A DNA stretch of 64,000 nt, taken from positions 284,582 through 348,581 of the forward strand of contig JAAOMT010000571.1 in the NCBI GenBank assembly GCA_016748015.1, written 5' to 3'. The notes below the pieces were generated by a model. It had not been told where the DNA came from and did not search any database. It worked only from the letters and a program-made list of their open reading frames with translations. A program made the position numbers and the translations under genes. This document shows, one piece after another, positions 41,312-53,512 of the stretch. Position 1 is the first letter of the stretch. Each line of letters begins with the position of its first letter. Source of the stretch: Geosiphon pyriformis uo1 (Eukaryota > Fungi > Glomeromycota).

Positions 41312-42697
41312 ATAAATTCCAAAAACTACAACAATCTTAAACAATATCTGGAGACATTAACAATCCTAACAGATTGGTCCCCAGATGAAAAACGTCAGTT
41401 ACAACAACAAGCCAAACAATACTTCTTACACAACAACATTATTTATTATTGAAACTTCAGAAATCCAGACAATCCATTCAAATTAATACAAGAACATGAA
41501 AAAGAAACTATTTTATACAACATGCACTCAGACTCTTTATCAGCATATCTAGAAAAAGACAGTACTACCCAGAGAACACTAGAATATTTTTTTTGGTCTC
41601 GAATGAGAAAAGACATTCATAAATATGTTAAATCTTGTGATAGTTGTTAAAGAAGAAAAGGAACTCGCCCTATAGAACCATTAAACCCAATCAAAGTTGG
41701 ACAGCCTTTTGACTGAGTTGATATCGATTTAGTCAGACCACTACTTATCACAAACCAAGGAAACCATTATATTACAGTAGCCATAGACTATCTTACTAAA
41801 TGGCCCAAAGCCAAAGCCATTCAACAAGCAGATACAAAATCAGTAGCAAATTTCATTTATGAAGACATTATTTGTAAACATAAATGCCCAATTGAATTTT
41901 TATCCAATCAAGGAACACATTTCATGAACAATCTAATTCAAAAAATCTGTGAACAATTCAATGTCAAAAGACCTCTGTTTTTGCCATACTATCCATAGAC
42001 AAACAGACTTGTGGAACATTTTAACAGAACATTGTATAAGTCATTAGCCAAAGTCTCAACCAATTTTGAGCAAGAATAGGATATTTTTATTCCATTAGTG
42101 TTACTAGCATACAGAACACTAAAACAAGATACCACAAAACACACACCATTTGATTTAACTTATGGAAGGACAGCAATGTTACCAATTAGTTTCACAGTGG
42201 AAACATATCCAGCACAACCAATTGATAAAAACAATTTCTAGGAAACACTTCAGTGAAGAGCCTACACTCTGCTTAGCACATTAGAAAGAAAATAACGAAT
42301 AGCAGCCACCCATATTAAACACTCCCAAGCTCAACAAAAAGAATGGCATGACAATAAATTGCCTTCAGTCACTAATGAATTTAAAGTTGAAAACAAAGTT
42401 TTCTTACACAAAACTAAAGCTGAAAAACAATAGAGTAAAAAATTTGAAAATAAATAGGATGGGCCATTTTTTATTCATGAAGTTCTAGGCAATGGATCAT
42501 ACAAGCTAAGACTTGATAACAAAATCCTAGCAAAAGTTGCATATGGAGATTGTTTGAAACACTATAATTCCAGAAACAATCCTGAACTATTAATTCCACA
42601 AATCGGTATACATTCTCCTTTAATCAATCCCGAAAATATTCCCCAAAACTTAGAACCAATAGTTGTCATTGAACATCCCCCCAACTTGAACACTTAA
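41312..42697 (+). pseudogene. int: C1 integrase (separate ORF, +1 frame, 462 codons; probable ATG>ATA start)
   Basis: HSDSLSA(H>Y)L...CDSC; IDLV; GPFFIHEVLGNGSYKL; no chromodomain. Confidence 0.88.
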
Positions 42698-42840
42698 ATT
42701 CAATTTTATTATAATTATTCCCTTATAATTTAGAAAAAATGTCACAACAAAAACAAAACATAGCATGCTGAAAAACAAAAATAACATAAAAACTCATATA
42801 CCAAAAATAATTTCAATTTTATTTTTCCAATTTTATTATA

Positions 42841-43560
42841 ATGACTATCTCTTAAAATATTTAACAGTTATCTCAAAAATTAATATTAGCTTTAAAAACA
42901 ATACCCGAATTATCTATTACTATCATTGGAAAACATATTAATTATAACCAAACAGAAATAGTTACAAATTTAACCCCAAATTCACAAAAGTATTATCCTT
43001 ATAGAAAAAACACAAGAAGTTATTCTGGAATTCATTTACCAGAACTTTTGAAGCTTGCTTTAAGAGAAAACTTATTGCTCACTCCTATTAGTATTTTATC
43101 AAATGCTACTATTTAACAAAAACTTCAACTGTGTCTTAATAAAGAAAGCAGCAAATACTCCCCAATATATAGATATTTTTACATTGAAAAAACACTTCAC
43201 GAACAAAAACTGGAGCTTACAGCAGCAAATCTCACAAAAGAAGCTATTCAGAAACAACTCCACAATGAATTCAAAACAACAGCTGAACCTACAAACAGCT
43301 GCTATAAACTAAGAGCTGCTCTTAGACTTTATAATTTATTTTATATCTGTGAAAATGTCCTACAAAACCCAATTTTACAACCTTTGAAGATTCAATATAT
43401 TGGAAAGCTCACAAAACTGAAATTTCAACAATTTTCAGACCAAATTTCTTCAATAATTTTGGATTATTATCTGGAAATTACAGACAGTATTTGGATTTTG
43501 ATGGAGCTCAGTCTTAAGAAGAAGGTTATGTTACTAGATGAAATTAGAGATATTATTTAG
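42841..43560 (+). pseudogene. C1 accessory 3' ORF (239 aa), runs through the PPT into the LTR
   Basis: ATG 42841 MTIS*NI*QLSQKL...RAALRLYNLF...IGKLTKLKFQQF...; exactly 720 nt, as in C2. Confidence 0.75.
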
Positions 43561-44507
43561 CATGAAATTATCTTTATAATTCCTATTATTAATTAGCATA
43601 TATTATCATTCAAATTATTACTTATTATATTAGCAAAATGTCTGAAATTATTATTTAATTAATAACCCAATTTGCATATAACATAAATGTAATCTAATTG
43701 CGATGATCAATCATGCAATACCCTGAACTATGTAGCATTCAAAAAGTTTGCCAAAATTTGTAGAAATTTGCTGAAATAATTGATAGTTCACCGAAATATC
43801 TAATAATTCACAGAAATAACTTGTAATTCACCGAAATGTATCTTTAGTTCAGTGAAATTGTAGAAAATAGCAAAGTTTAAGTTCATAGAATAGTGTTATG
43901 ACAAGTTGTATAAAAGAAGAGCTTCTCTTTTCAAAAAAATGTATCTTACTTTAGATTTATCACTTAGAACTATTCCTATATACACAAAAAGAAATAAATA
44001 TCAAATAATTTGAAAAACCAAAATTTTTAATTATTGCACTTGAAAAATCCTCAAAACTCAACTAACGTTTTGAAATTAATTAGCTACCAATTTCAGTAAA
44101 CTGTTAGTGACTCCAGATCTGGATAGAAAACGTTTCTCTTGATAAAATCCTATTTCTTTTACATTTCTTTTCTTTTTCTTTTCTTTTCTTATTACAATCA
44201 TTAGGGTAGCCTACAGACAAAATTTCTGTAGAAAAGTTGACTTTTACAGCAAAGTAACTACACATTTTTAGTGAGCTTTTAGATGAGCAATTCCTGGAAA
44301 AGAGTTGATGTTTACTACAATGTAACTACATAAAGTAACTGGCAAGGAATTGGTCATTCTACTTATAAGCCCAGCAATTCAAATTATAGAAGATAATTTG
44401 AAGATAAATTCAGTTACTGGAAATCTAACTACTTCTAAAAAACGTCAATTTGCAACCAACAGACAGTTACAACATTCAAGAAAAGAGACCAAAAACCTCC
44501 AGTAATA
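43529..44507 (+). repeat. C1 3' LTR, subtype Y (979 bp)
   Basis: Length and U5 end match 62335-63313. Confidence 0.95.
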
Positions 44508-45455
44508 GCGAACTCCACCACAGCCTTTTGCCACATACTAATTAACTGAATCTTGATCGACCTGATCTCTCCAAACTCAGCAGCTGTGGCAACAATCATT
44601 TTCTTTGGTGTATCTATGGGAATTTCTTTGATCACCACAGCCCGATCTGAACGCACTCCTTGTTTTTTGAGATTAGTATTTACAATGATCTTATTTTTTC
44701 TAGCCAATGATGTGGCCATTTCTATGCTCTTTTCTGATGTAAATGTTGATCTAATGATCTCTTCAAATTTTGAGAGAATAGTGGCCCCCCAAAACCATTG
44801 ATTGTTGAGAAAATTTTTCTAATTAACTGAGTCTTTGCTGTTGCCAATTTACCCTCCATAGCTGAGAGATTAATATTCAAAGCAAATAACTTTTTAATTG
44901 ACACTTTCACCAAAGTCTTAATAATTTTAGAGTCAATCCATTTTTTTTCTAAAAAGATAGGCAAGTAAGAAGGGAGCACAACTTCATCATCATTTATATG
45001 AAAATTAGGAAAGCCAAGTGGAGAACCAAAATCAGCACCAGTGTTGATTCGCTTTGTCTTGGGTGTAGTAGCTGCTAAACCCAAAAAAAATCCGCCATTT
45101 GTCTCAGACATGCTAACATCCTCATTCTCACCAGAGAGACTCTCCACATCAGAATACACACTGCCACTAGATCCAGATTTGCTCAAGGATATATCCTTTT
45201 CATCACCAGAATGTTTTATATTACCAAAAACAACTTTTTTTTTTGAGAAAAAGAGCCACCAGCAGAATCTTGAAAAGCACCCTTAGGAATCCTCTTTTTA
45301 AGTGCAGTGCTACTAACAGTAGTCTTCATATCCACAAAAAATGTGTTACTATTAGGTAAAAAAATATTGATATAGACTAAAAAAACAAAAAACTTTTTTT
45401 TTCAGAAAATGCATTTTTTGGGGATTTGTGAAGGTAAGAAAGAAAGAAGTTTTTT
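44508..45455 (-). mobile_element. LINE 5' end and ORF1 start (ATG 45329), continues at 63314(+)
   Basis: ORFs 44722-45186 and 44435-44719(-) end at WQKAVVEFA; the reading continues ELGQAELLVSK at 63318. Confidence 0.88.
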
Positions 45456-45479
45456 TTTAATTTAATTAAAATTAGTTTA

Positions 45480-47150
45480 ATTATATTTTTAAAAATATTT
45501 ATAATAAATAAAATTTGCTTATTAAAAAGAAACTAAAATTTAAAGTTAACTTATTTAGTTAAAATAATATATTATTTTTTTTGTATAAACTAAAGTTTTT
45601 TAATTTTTGTAATATTTTGAATTAGTTATTTAATTATTATTTTATAAACTTATAGATTTTAAGTTAAATATTTAAAAACTTTTTATTAAGTTGTATATTA
45701 ATTTTTTAAACAGTTTTTTTACTAAAGTTGTTAAAATAATTATAAATTATAGTTTTTTTCTTATAAACAATTTATCTAAGACTTTTTATTTTGTTAAAAG
45801 TATTTTTATGTTTATAGTTTTAAATAATATTGTTTATTTTAGAATAGTTTAATTTCTAAAAAGATTTAAAAATGCTTTTGTTGACTAATTATTAAATAAA
45901 AAAAACTATGTTTTAATTAAAAGTTTTATTATTATTAAAAAATCTTAATCTTAAAAGTTTTATATTTGCTTAGTTTATTTTTGCTATTACTTTTATTAAT
46001 ATTGGTCATTTTTTTAAAGCTGTTTTTTTTGTACTTATTTGTTTTTGTTTTTTTAATATACATAATTTTAAAAATTTTTTGTTGACTTATTTAAATTTTT
46101 ATAATTTTAAATTAAACATAATTAATATATTTACTAATAAAGTTTTAAAAAATTATGATTTATTTAATATAATTAATAATATTTTGGCTTTTTTTAACAA
46201 CTTAGAATTAAATATTAAAGCTAACATATTTTTTTTAATAATGATTAAATTATAGATTATTGATTTTATTTTAAATTGCATCTTTTTTTTTATTAAAATA
46301 ATTGTAAATTTAAATAACTAAATAATTTTAAATATATATATTACTAAATTAAATATATTATTAAACTTTAAAAACTATTGCTAACTAGAAAAATAATATA
46401 TAATAAAACTATTATAAAAAAAAATTTATTAATTATATAAATAAAAATTTAAAAATAATTAAACTATTAAAATTGTTAATTATATGTATTTATTTTTTGT
46501 TAAGTTTTTTGTTATGTTGATAAAAAATTTTTGTAGTTAAAAATAAAAAATATTAAATAATACTTATTATTTTATTTAAAAAATATATAAAATTATTTAT
46601 TAAGCTTATTAAAAAATTAAACCAGAAAATAATATATTAAAATTAGAAATATTAATTGGTTATATATTTTCTTTGTTTGGTATTCTAATAAATATATAAC
46701 TGTAAACTTCAAAAATAAATTTTTAATTAATTTATATACTTATATTATTAAAATAATATATCAAAAACTATTGATTATAATTAGGAAATATTTTTATAAT
46801 AAATTCTATTTAAGTGTTTTATGTTTGTTTTATAATAATTTAAAGATATAAATTACAAAATATAGTTAACTATAAATAAAAAGTTTTAATTATATACTAA
46901 TATTACTTTAATATTTAATATATTAAACATATCTAATTTATATATTTTATTTATAATATTTATAAAGTTATAATTATTTTTAATAAAATTATTTATATAT
47001 TTAGTAGTTTAATTAAAATTAAACTTAATACTTAAAAATTGGTTTATATAAATCTTTATTATTTTATTAAAAATATTATTAACAGAAAAGTTTTTATTAT
47101 TATTATTTATATTATTATTAAACATATTTATTAAATTAATCAAATTATAC
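45480..47150 (+). mobile_element. Ghost LINE 3' region (RNase H remnant), extremely AT-eroded
   Basis: attaatatatttactaataaa (~46121, YTDG-like position) and atgattaaattatagattattg (~46221, AELQAI-like). Confidence 0.4.
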
Positions 47151-47229
47151 TGTTTTTAAAAGTTCATAATTTTATTTTATAACTTAAAAATTATAAGATA
47201 TTAGAAATTTTTTAAACTTTCTCTTGTTA

Positions 47230-50200
47230 ATTTTCTGGTCACAATAAGAGCAAAGAATAATTTTGAAGTTTTAGCTTTCTTTTTTCTCTTTTTTCTCTTG
47301 TCTTTATTAGTTATTTCTTTAAACACACTTAATTTTGTTGTGATGAAACTGGTGAAAATGGTCACTGGTGTTTCTGGCTCTAGTTTGACTGGTTAGGAAA
47401 TCTGATTAAGTATTAAGAAAAAACATGTAAACAGCATCTATTTCTGTAGTACATCTTATAAAAAATCTAAAAAGCCTATTGTTAGTAGTATTATTGACTT
47501 GTCTACTGGTTCATTAAGCTTGGTAGACATTGGTAGTGCTGATAACAAATCTGTAGTGTTCTGAAAAAACAAAGTTGATAACATTAAGAGTAGTATTAGT
47601 GGTCTTTCTAATTTGGAAAATATGAGAAACACAGTTGTGAAGGAAACAAGTTATGCAAACTTAGACAATTTTGTTGGCAATAAGGACATAGACAAGACTA
47701 CTTCAAGGAAAACTTGAACTCAAACTTATGTGCTAAGCCATTTACCAAAAACACTTTTATTCAATAATTTGAGTAATGATGACAATGTTTTGGGGCTTTC
47801 TCTTTTTAAGTTTAATAATTCCAATTAACTATTATCTGTTAAATTACATGTTCTGGAAAAACAAAGCTTCAAACCAGTTAAATTGTTTATATTAGACAGG
47901 AAATTGGCTGTTGTGTTTGAAAAAACTAATAATAATAAGTTGATTTCAATCAAAAAAATTTTTTATCAAATTGATGGTTTTAGGGGGATGTTAACTCCTT
48001 CAAAATTTCTAAGGATCATCAGAGCTTTATTTATTTCTAAATCTAGTATAAATAAAACAAAAAAATTGATACTCTGTAAAAAAATTATGGTCAATGATAA
48101 TTTCAGAAAAGTAAACAGTCATTTGGATTGGAAAATAATTGTTAAGAAGATTCCAGTTGATCTTTCCAAATCAGCTGTGGAGTCAGTTTTTTCTAAGTTT
48201 GGTAAGATTATATCAATCAAGATACAACTAATTGGTTTATGACAAAAGACTTAGATAGAATATAAATTATCTGAGATAGCTAATTTGGTTGCAACTAGAT
48301 AGTCTGTTGTTATAAAGAAAAACTCTGTTCATATAGCAAAAGCTATTGGTAACAAACAAATATAGATGTTCAAAGATCAACATCAGGCTTTGTTGTACAC
48401 ACTTCCAGTTGGGACTACTGTTTATGATTTATCTGATTTGCTAGTTTCTTATGGTAGAAAAACTTGTGTCATTGGCTGTAATCTAAATTCATATATACAT
48501 AATAGGTGTATTATAGTGTGTTTTAAAAGTGAGACATCCAGATTGGCTGCTGTTGGTTTTATTCTAGTGTTTAAGAGTGTGAATTTATGCTGGACTGGTT
48601 TTTTTTTGGCCTGTTGTGCTTGGTATAAACAATTTGGTTATATTTTTGTTGATTGTGCAGTAAGTAGAAATCCTAGTGATTGTAGTAAGTAGGTAGTAAC
48701 TTTTCAGAATTGTGTTTACTTGGCTAATATTTATAAAAAAAAGCAGGCACTTATTGTTCATCCAGTTTTTTTTGGTGGCAAAACTTGGGTCCAAATTGCT
48801 GGTGGCTTTTTTTTTCATATAATTTTATTGGATTCTTTTAGTATTGGTTTGTCTTTGGGTGCAAAACTCATCTCATTGGTTTTTAACTCTTTTAGTGATT
48901 CCTGTTTGATTGATTGTTTGGCTTTTTTAGAATGTTCTTTGGAGCTTTTGGCAGATCAGATTTCTGTTATTATAAAAAAATTGAGCTTTGTAGAATTAGT
49001 GCTCTTGGCACCCATGTCTCATGTCTTCTCTCCAATTGCTCCAGTGTCTTTGGCTTCTAATTTTAATTCGAATATGGCTCTGGATGGTATGATAACATCT
49101 TTTGTTCCTCCTTTTTTGGTCATTATGGATACAGTTGCTGACTTTAGTTCAAGTAGTTCTAAGGTTTTAACCACCAAAATAAGTGGGTTAGAATCTAAGA
49201 TGGTGGCTTTAGAAGTGTTAGTTGAATTAGTTTTGAAAAAATTGGATTGCTTGTGCTTTGGTTTGGGTTTGTCAGCTCTTCTTACTTCTCAATGAATAAT
49301 TTTGTATGGAAAATTGCTACATATAATGTTCATGGTATTAATATTTTTGCCAAGCAAAAGGATGTTATCTATTGGTATAAAGATTCTGGAAATTTGGTTT
49401 TAATAGTTATGGAGATGAAGTTAAAGTCTAGCAGTAGGCTGTGGATTAAAAATAAGTTTAATGGAGTTAAAGTTTTTTCATCTGGGTTGGACAAGAGATT
49501 TCTTGGTGCTGGATGGTAATTATTATGAATGTTTTTCTGGCTTATTATGTGTGTAAGATTTTTGAGATGTCTGGCTGGCTCCTTTCTATCAAGTTGCTTT
49601 TCAAACATAAGCTTTCTGTATCAATATTGGGTCTTTACACTGGTATTTCCCTGGTAGTTTGTTTCTCTTAAGTTAGCAAGATCAACTCTTTGATTGCAAA
49701 GACTGTAAATAAATCTTTTTTTATTATTCTGGGTGGCAATTTTAATAAAGATAGTTCCCATAGGTGTGCCAGTTTCAGGAAATATCTTGATTTAGAATTA
49801 GTTAATTCTATGTTAAAAAGTTTGGTTGTAAAGAATTCTACATAAAAAAATTCAAGAGGTGCTAAGAAGATAATAGATTATATATTTATTTCTTCAAGTT
49901 TGATTAATATAGTTGTGAGTTGTGATGTTTTGAATATTAACAAACATTTTGACACTAATTACCAAGCTGTTTCTGTGTTTGTGGATTTGGGTAAACTTTT
50001 AAATATGCAGCTGAACTTTCTTTGCAAACAAGCAAATAAAGATTGTTAGAAGTTTAATGTTAAAAATACTGATAAGGCAAAGTGGTATAGGTACAAAGAG
50101 TCTACAGTAGTAAATACAGCAATGTTTTCAAGTGAGTTTTTTGTGACTGAAAGATTTAAAAATCTGGATGTTATGTGGAATGCTGTTCGTAAAATGATGT

Positions 50201-51440
50201 GTCTTTTAGCAAATAAGATTTTTAAAAAGAAATAGTTTAAGAACTTTGATGGCATTTTTACTAGAAAGTCTTCTGAGTTTTATAAGTTGGAAATTTTGGT
50301 GTCAAAGATAGTCAAGTTCTTGTGTAAGGGTGTTAATGATGTGTTTGAGTCTTTAATAAGCTGTTAAACATCTCTGAATGTTAATATGACGTTATCTGTT
50401 TAGACTTTATTGGATTCTGGTGTAGATCTTGATTGTGTATATTTAGCTCTTTTCACTCTGTGTAAATCATATTATGCCTCCAAGCTTGCTAAGTTTTTGT
50501 GAGCTGAGAAGTCAAGGATTAAGTTGGCTATTGATAAACAAATGGAGAATTTTGCAGTCAATAAAGATCACATAATCAGAAGTATACTGGAGCATCTTTT
50601 CTAGAAGGTGGTTTTGGACCATTTGGTCATTAAGAATAAACTGATTTTGGAATCTGATCTGGTTAAGACAAGGTAAATAAGATTATAAAGAGCTAGACTA
50701 GAAAGCATAAAATGCTAGTGGATTTCTCTGATAATTGGTCTTGTCAATACTGGTTTTTAAAGTATGTTTTTGATGATGCTTTTTCAAATGTAATATGTTT
50801 GATTAGTTTCAATAAATTGCTTAGTGTGGTTTCTAATCTGCCTAATGGCAAAGCTGCTGGTTTTTTTGGGGTCTCAAATGAACTCTAAAAGCATTGCAAC
50901 AAGTTGGTCTTGGATATGCTTTTGGTGCTTTTGAATTTTTGTTTGTTTCATGAGGCAGCGCCTGGTGTTTGGAGAAAAGCTTGGGTCTTAATAATTCTCA
51001 AGCCTTATAAGTAAAAGGGGGTTTTTATAAATACCTGATCTATTGCATTGATTAAGACTGCCCACAAAATTTTTTTCAAGATTCTCTTGAACAGGATTTT
51101 TTTAGCATCCAGCACTTTTAATGTTTTACATAAAGACAATTTTTCAGTTTTAAAAGATATAACAACACAATTTTTCATTTTGCCATTGGTTTAATTAATG
51201 AGAATGCTTTAAAAAAAGACTGTGAACTTTGGCTGGTCTTGTAGAACATGTAAAAAGCCTACAATTCTGTTAGATAAAAGCATCTTAAGAAAAGCTTACT
51301 TAAGATAAAAATGTGTGACAAATTCATTAGATTTTTTGGTAGCATTTACAATAATTGTTTCAACAGGATTATGTCTAATTTTGGATTAACAGCATAATAG
51401 TTTGGATTAAAAGAAGATGTTTTCACCTCTTTTTTGGTGC
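47230..51440 (+). mobile_element. 5' half of a LINE (ORF1 47343-49295, ORF2 from 49292 to mid-RT); partner of 14298-16960
   Basis: ORF1 fragments at 47883, 48366 and 48720; EN motifs WKIATYNVHG and GGNFN; ends DVFSPLFWC at LTR-A. The 5' boundary is approximate. Confidence 0.9.
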
Positions 51441-52290
51441 TGTTATAGGTAATTATTTGGGGTCTTAAAGCAAATAACAAACCCATAACTTGGTGTTCAA
51501 TTGATATAATAATGTTAATTACTGAAGGTGGTTTGTATCTAAAGGTTTTGGTTGAGTTCTTTGTATAATAGACAGAGTTTCAATAGTTGTTTTCAGTAGT
51601 CTCCCAGAATTGCAATTCTGTCAATTTTTTTCTCAGCTTGATGGCTGGCAATCCTTTGATAAGTAATCCATAATTCTTGTACATGCTCTACCTATTCACA
51701 AGGGTTTTTTACTAGACAATCCTTGATGTCAGTAATTTAGTGCTTAATTTTTAATCAATTTAGTAAACAACAAAATAAATAACAATAGAAAATAAAAGAA
51801 AACAAAAAAAATAAAGAAATAAGCCAAGGTAATTTTTCAAGTTAGTATCCCATCAATAGCTATGATTAAGAGCTATTGTTCCAGTGTGGTTAAGTATAAA
51901 TTACTATCAACATGAAGTGTTGATAATAGAAAGTGGATTAAGATAGTGAACAATTATTTATTGATATTTGTGATGTGAAAAATTGCTTAGATCAAATCTA
52001 AATTGAGAGGTCTCTAACTAAAAGATTCTGCTTTTTCTACTTCTAGCATTACTGCTATATATACATAATTAAGATTTCTCAATTCCTCAATTTTTCACAC
52101 CAAAAATTCTGCAATTTCTTTAAGAAAAATCCTGGAATTCTGGAATCCTGTAATTTTTTGTATGAGAATCCTGAAATTTCTGGAATCCTATAATTTTTCT
52201 GATAGGAATTCTGAAATTCTATATTTACTATGGTTACTTTTGATTGGCTAATTTATGCTAATATATATTTTCTATATTCTATGAGTAACA
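51441..52290 (-). repeat. 3' LTR of A (850 bp)
   Basis: Reverse complement of 16961-17808, differing mainly by transitions. Confidence 0.95.
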
Positions 52291-52954
52291 TTATTCCCTC
52301 CTTTTAATATTGAGCTTTGTCAAGATTTCTTAATTCTAATTTTCCATCTTTGAGTATTTCTTGAACTTCTTTTTCAAAAATTATTTGTGCTATCTTGTTC
52401 TGTAAGTTTTCAAATTGGACATTGGTTATTTTTTTTATTTGGTTAATAATAATAAAGTCCATTACTGGATTGAGTAAGATTTCTAGTCGTTCTTAAAATT
52501 CAGTATGTAGCCAATAAATAGCTCTTGCTTGTGTGGTTAAATTGTTTTTTCCCACAAATTGTTTTAGTTGTTGTAGTATTGTTGTGTCAAATAATTGTTT
52601 TGTTTTATTCATATATAAGCTCTGGATATTCAAGTGTTGTCTCAAATAAAAATAACAAAAGTTTCTTAAAAATTGTTGTATTTACCAATTCCAAGTTTCC
52701 ATAGTCAACTCTTGATATTGGGTGACTTTTGGTTGTGTTTTTATTGCCAATTTCACTTTTGTGATTATTTTGTCCACAATATTCTCTGTTTTCTTCCATA
52801 TTTTTTCTCGTGGTCTTTTTCTGGTGTTTGTATATTTGATAGTTTGTTGGTTGTTTGTAATTTCTATCTCTTGTTGTTGTATCAATTGAAAAAATTGTTG
52901 TGCTAGTGAGTGAATGTTGTCAGTAATCTCTATTTTTCTACTGTTTTCTGTCAT
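52291..52954 (-). pseudogene. Element A accessory 3' ORF
   Basis: ORFs 52682-52954 and 52605-52799, then ...QARAIYWLHTEF*ERLEILLNPVMDF...NIKRRE-TAA, with the stop abutting the LTR. Confidence 0.72.
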
Positions 52955-53512
52955 GTATACTGTATTTTTATATAATCTTTTGGTTGTTCAATTTTATGTG
53001 TTTGGTTCAATAATTATAATTGGTTCTAGATTTCATGGAATCTCATCTGGTTTGACTAATATTTTCTGTACTCCTAATTGTAGAATATTATTGGTAAATA
53101 ATAATGTTATATAGTGATATTGTTTTAGTTGATCACCATGTGCTGCTTTGGTTAAAATTTTGTTGTTCAATCTTAATTTATAAGCTTTATTTCCAAGAAT
53201 TTCTTCTATGTAAAATAGTCCATCCCATTTGGGGTCAAATTTTCCACTCTATTGTTTTTCTGCTTTGGTATAATATAGAAGTACTTTGTTTCCAATCTTG
53301 AATTCAACTGGTTTTTTTAATAGTTGGTTATCATGTCTTTCTTTTTGTTTTTCTTGTGACTTTTGTATATTATTAGCTGCTCTTTGCTGTGTGTTTTCTA
53401 ATGTTTCTATTAAGTTATATGTTCTTCTTAACAATGTTCTTTGGAAATTTTCTTCTGTTATTGGTTCTGTTAGATATGTCTTGACTTTTATCTCAACTGA
53501 TAATGTTGCTGT

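Larger units (their letters stand above)
34681..44507 (+). mobile_element. Ty3/gypsy element C1 (recombinant: 5' LTR subtype X, 3' LTR subtype Y)
   Basis: LTRs 34681-35598 and 43529-44507; PBS 35601; PPT 43516-43528. The flanks ACAG and GCGA do not match each other. Confidence 0.95.
51441..53512 (-). mobile_element. Element A 3' part (integrase C-terminus, accessory ORF, PPT, 3' LTR), displaced by inversion
   Basis: Resumes ACAG-CAACATTA (T-A-T-L-S-V-E) exactly where 34680 stops; PPT at ~52291-52305; flank GTGC at 51437-51440. Confidence 0.93.

Noticed and set aside
42841-43560. env gene or integrase chromodomain
   Set aside because: No signal peptide, TM segment or chromodomain signature is visible.
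47238-47246. Possible TSD GTCACAATA versus GTCATAATA (rc 14289-14297) for the split LINE
   Set aside because: Only 9 bp with a mismatch in AT-rich DNA, and the 5' end of the LINE is uncertain.
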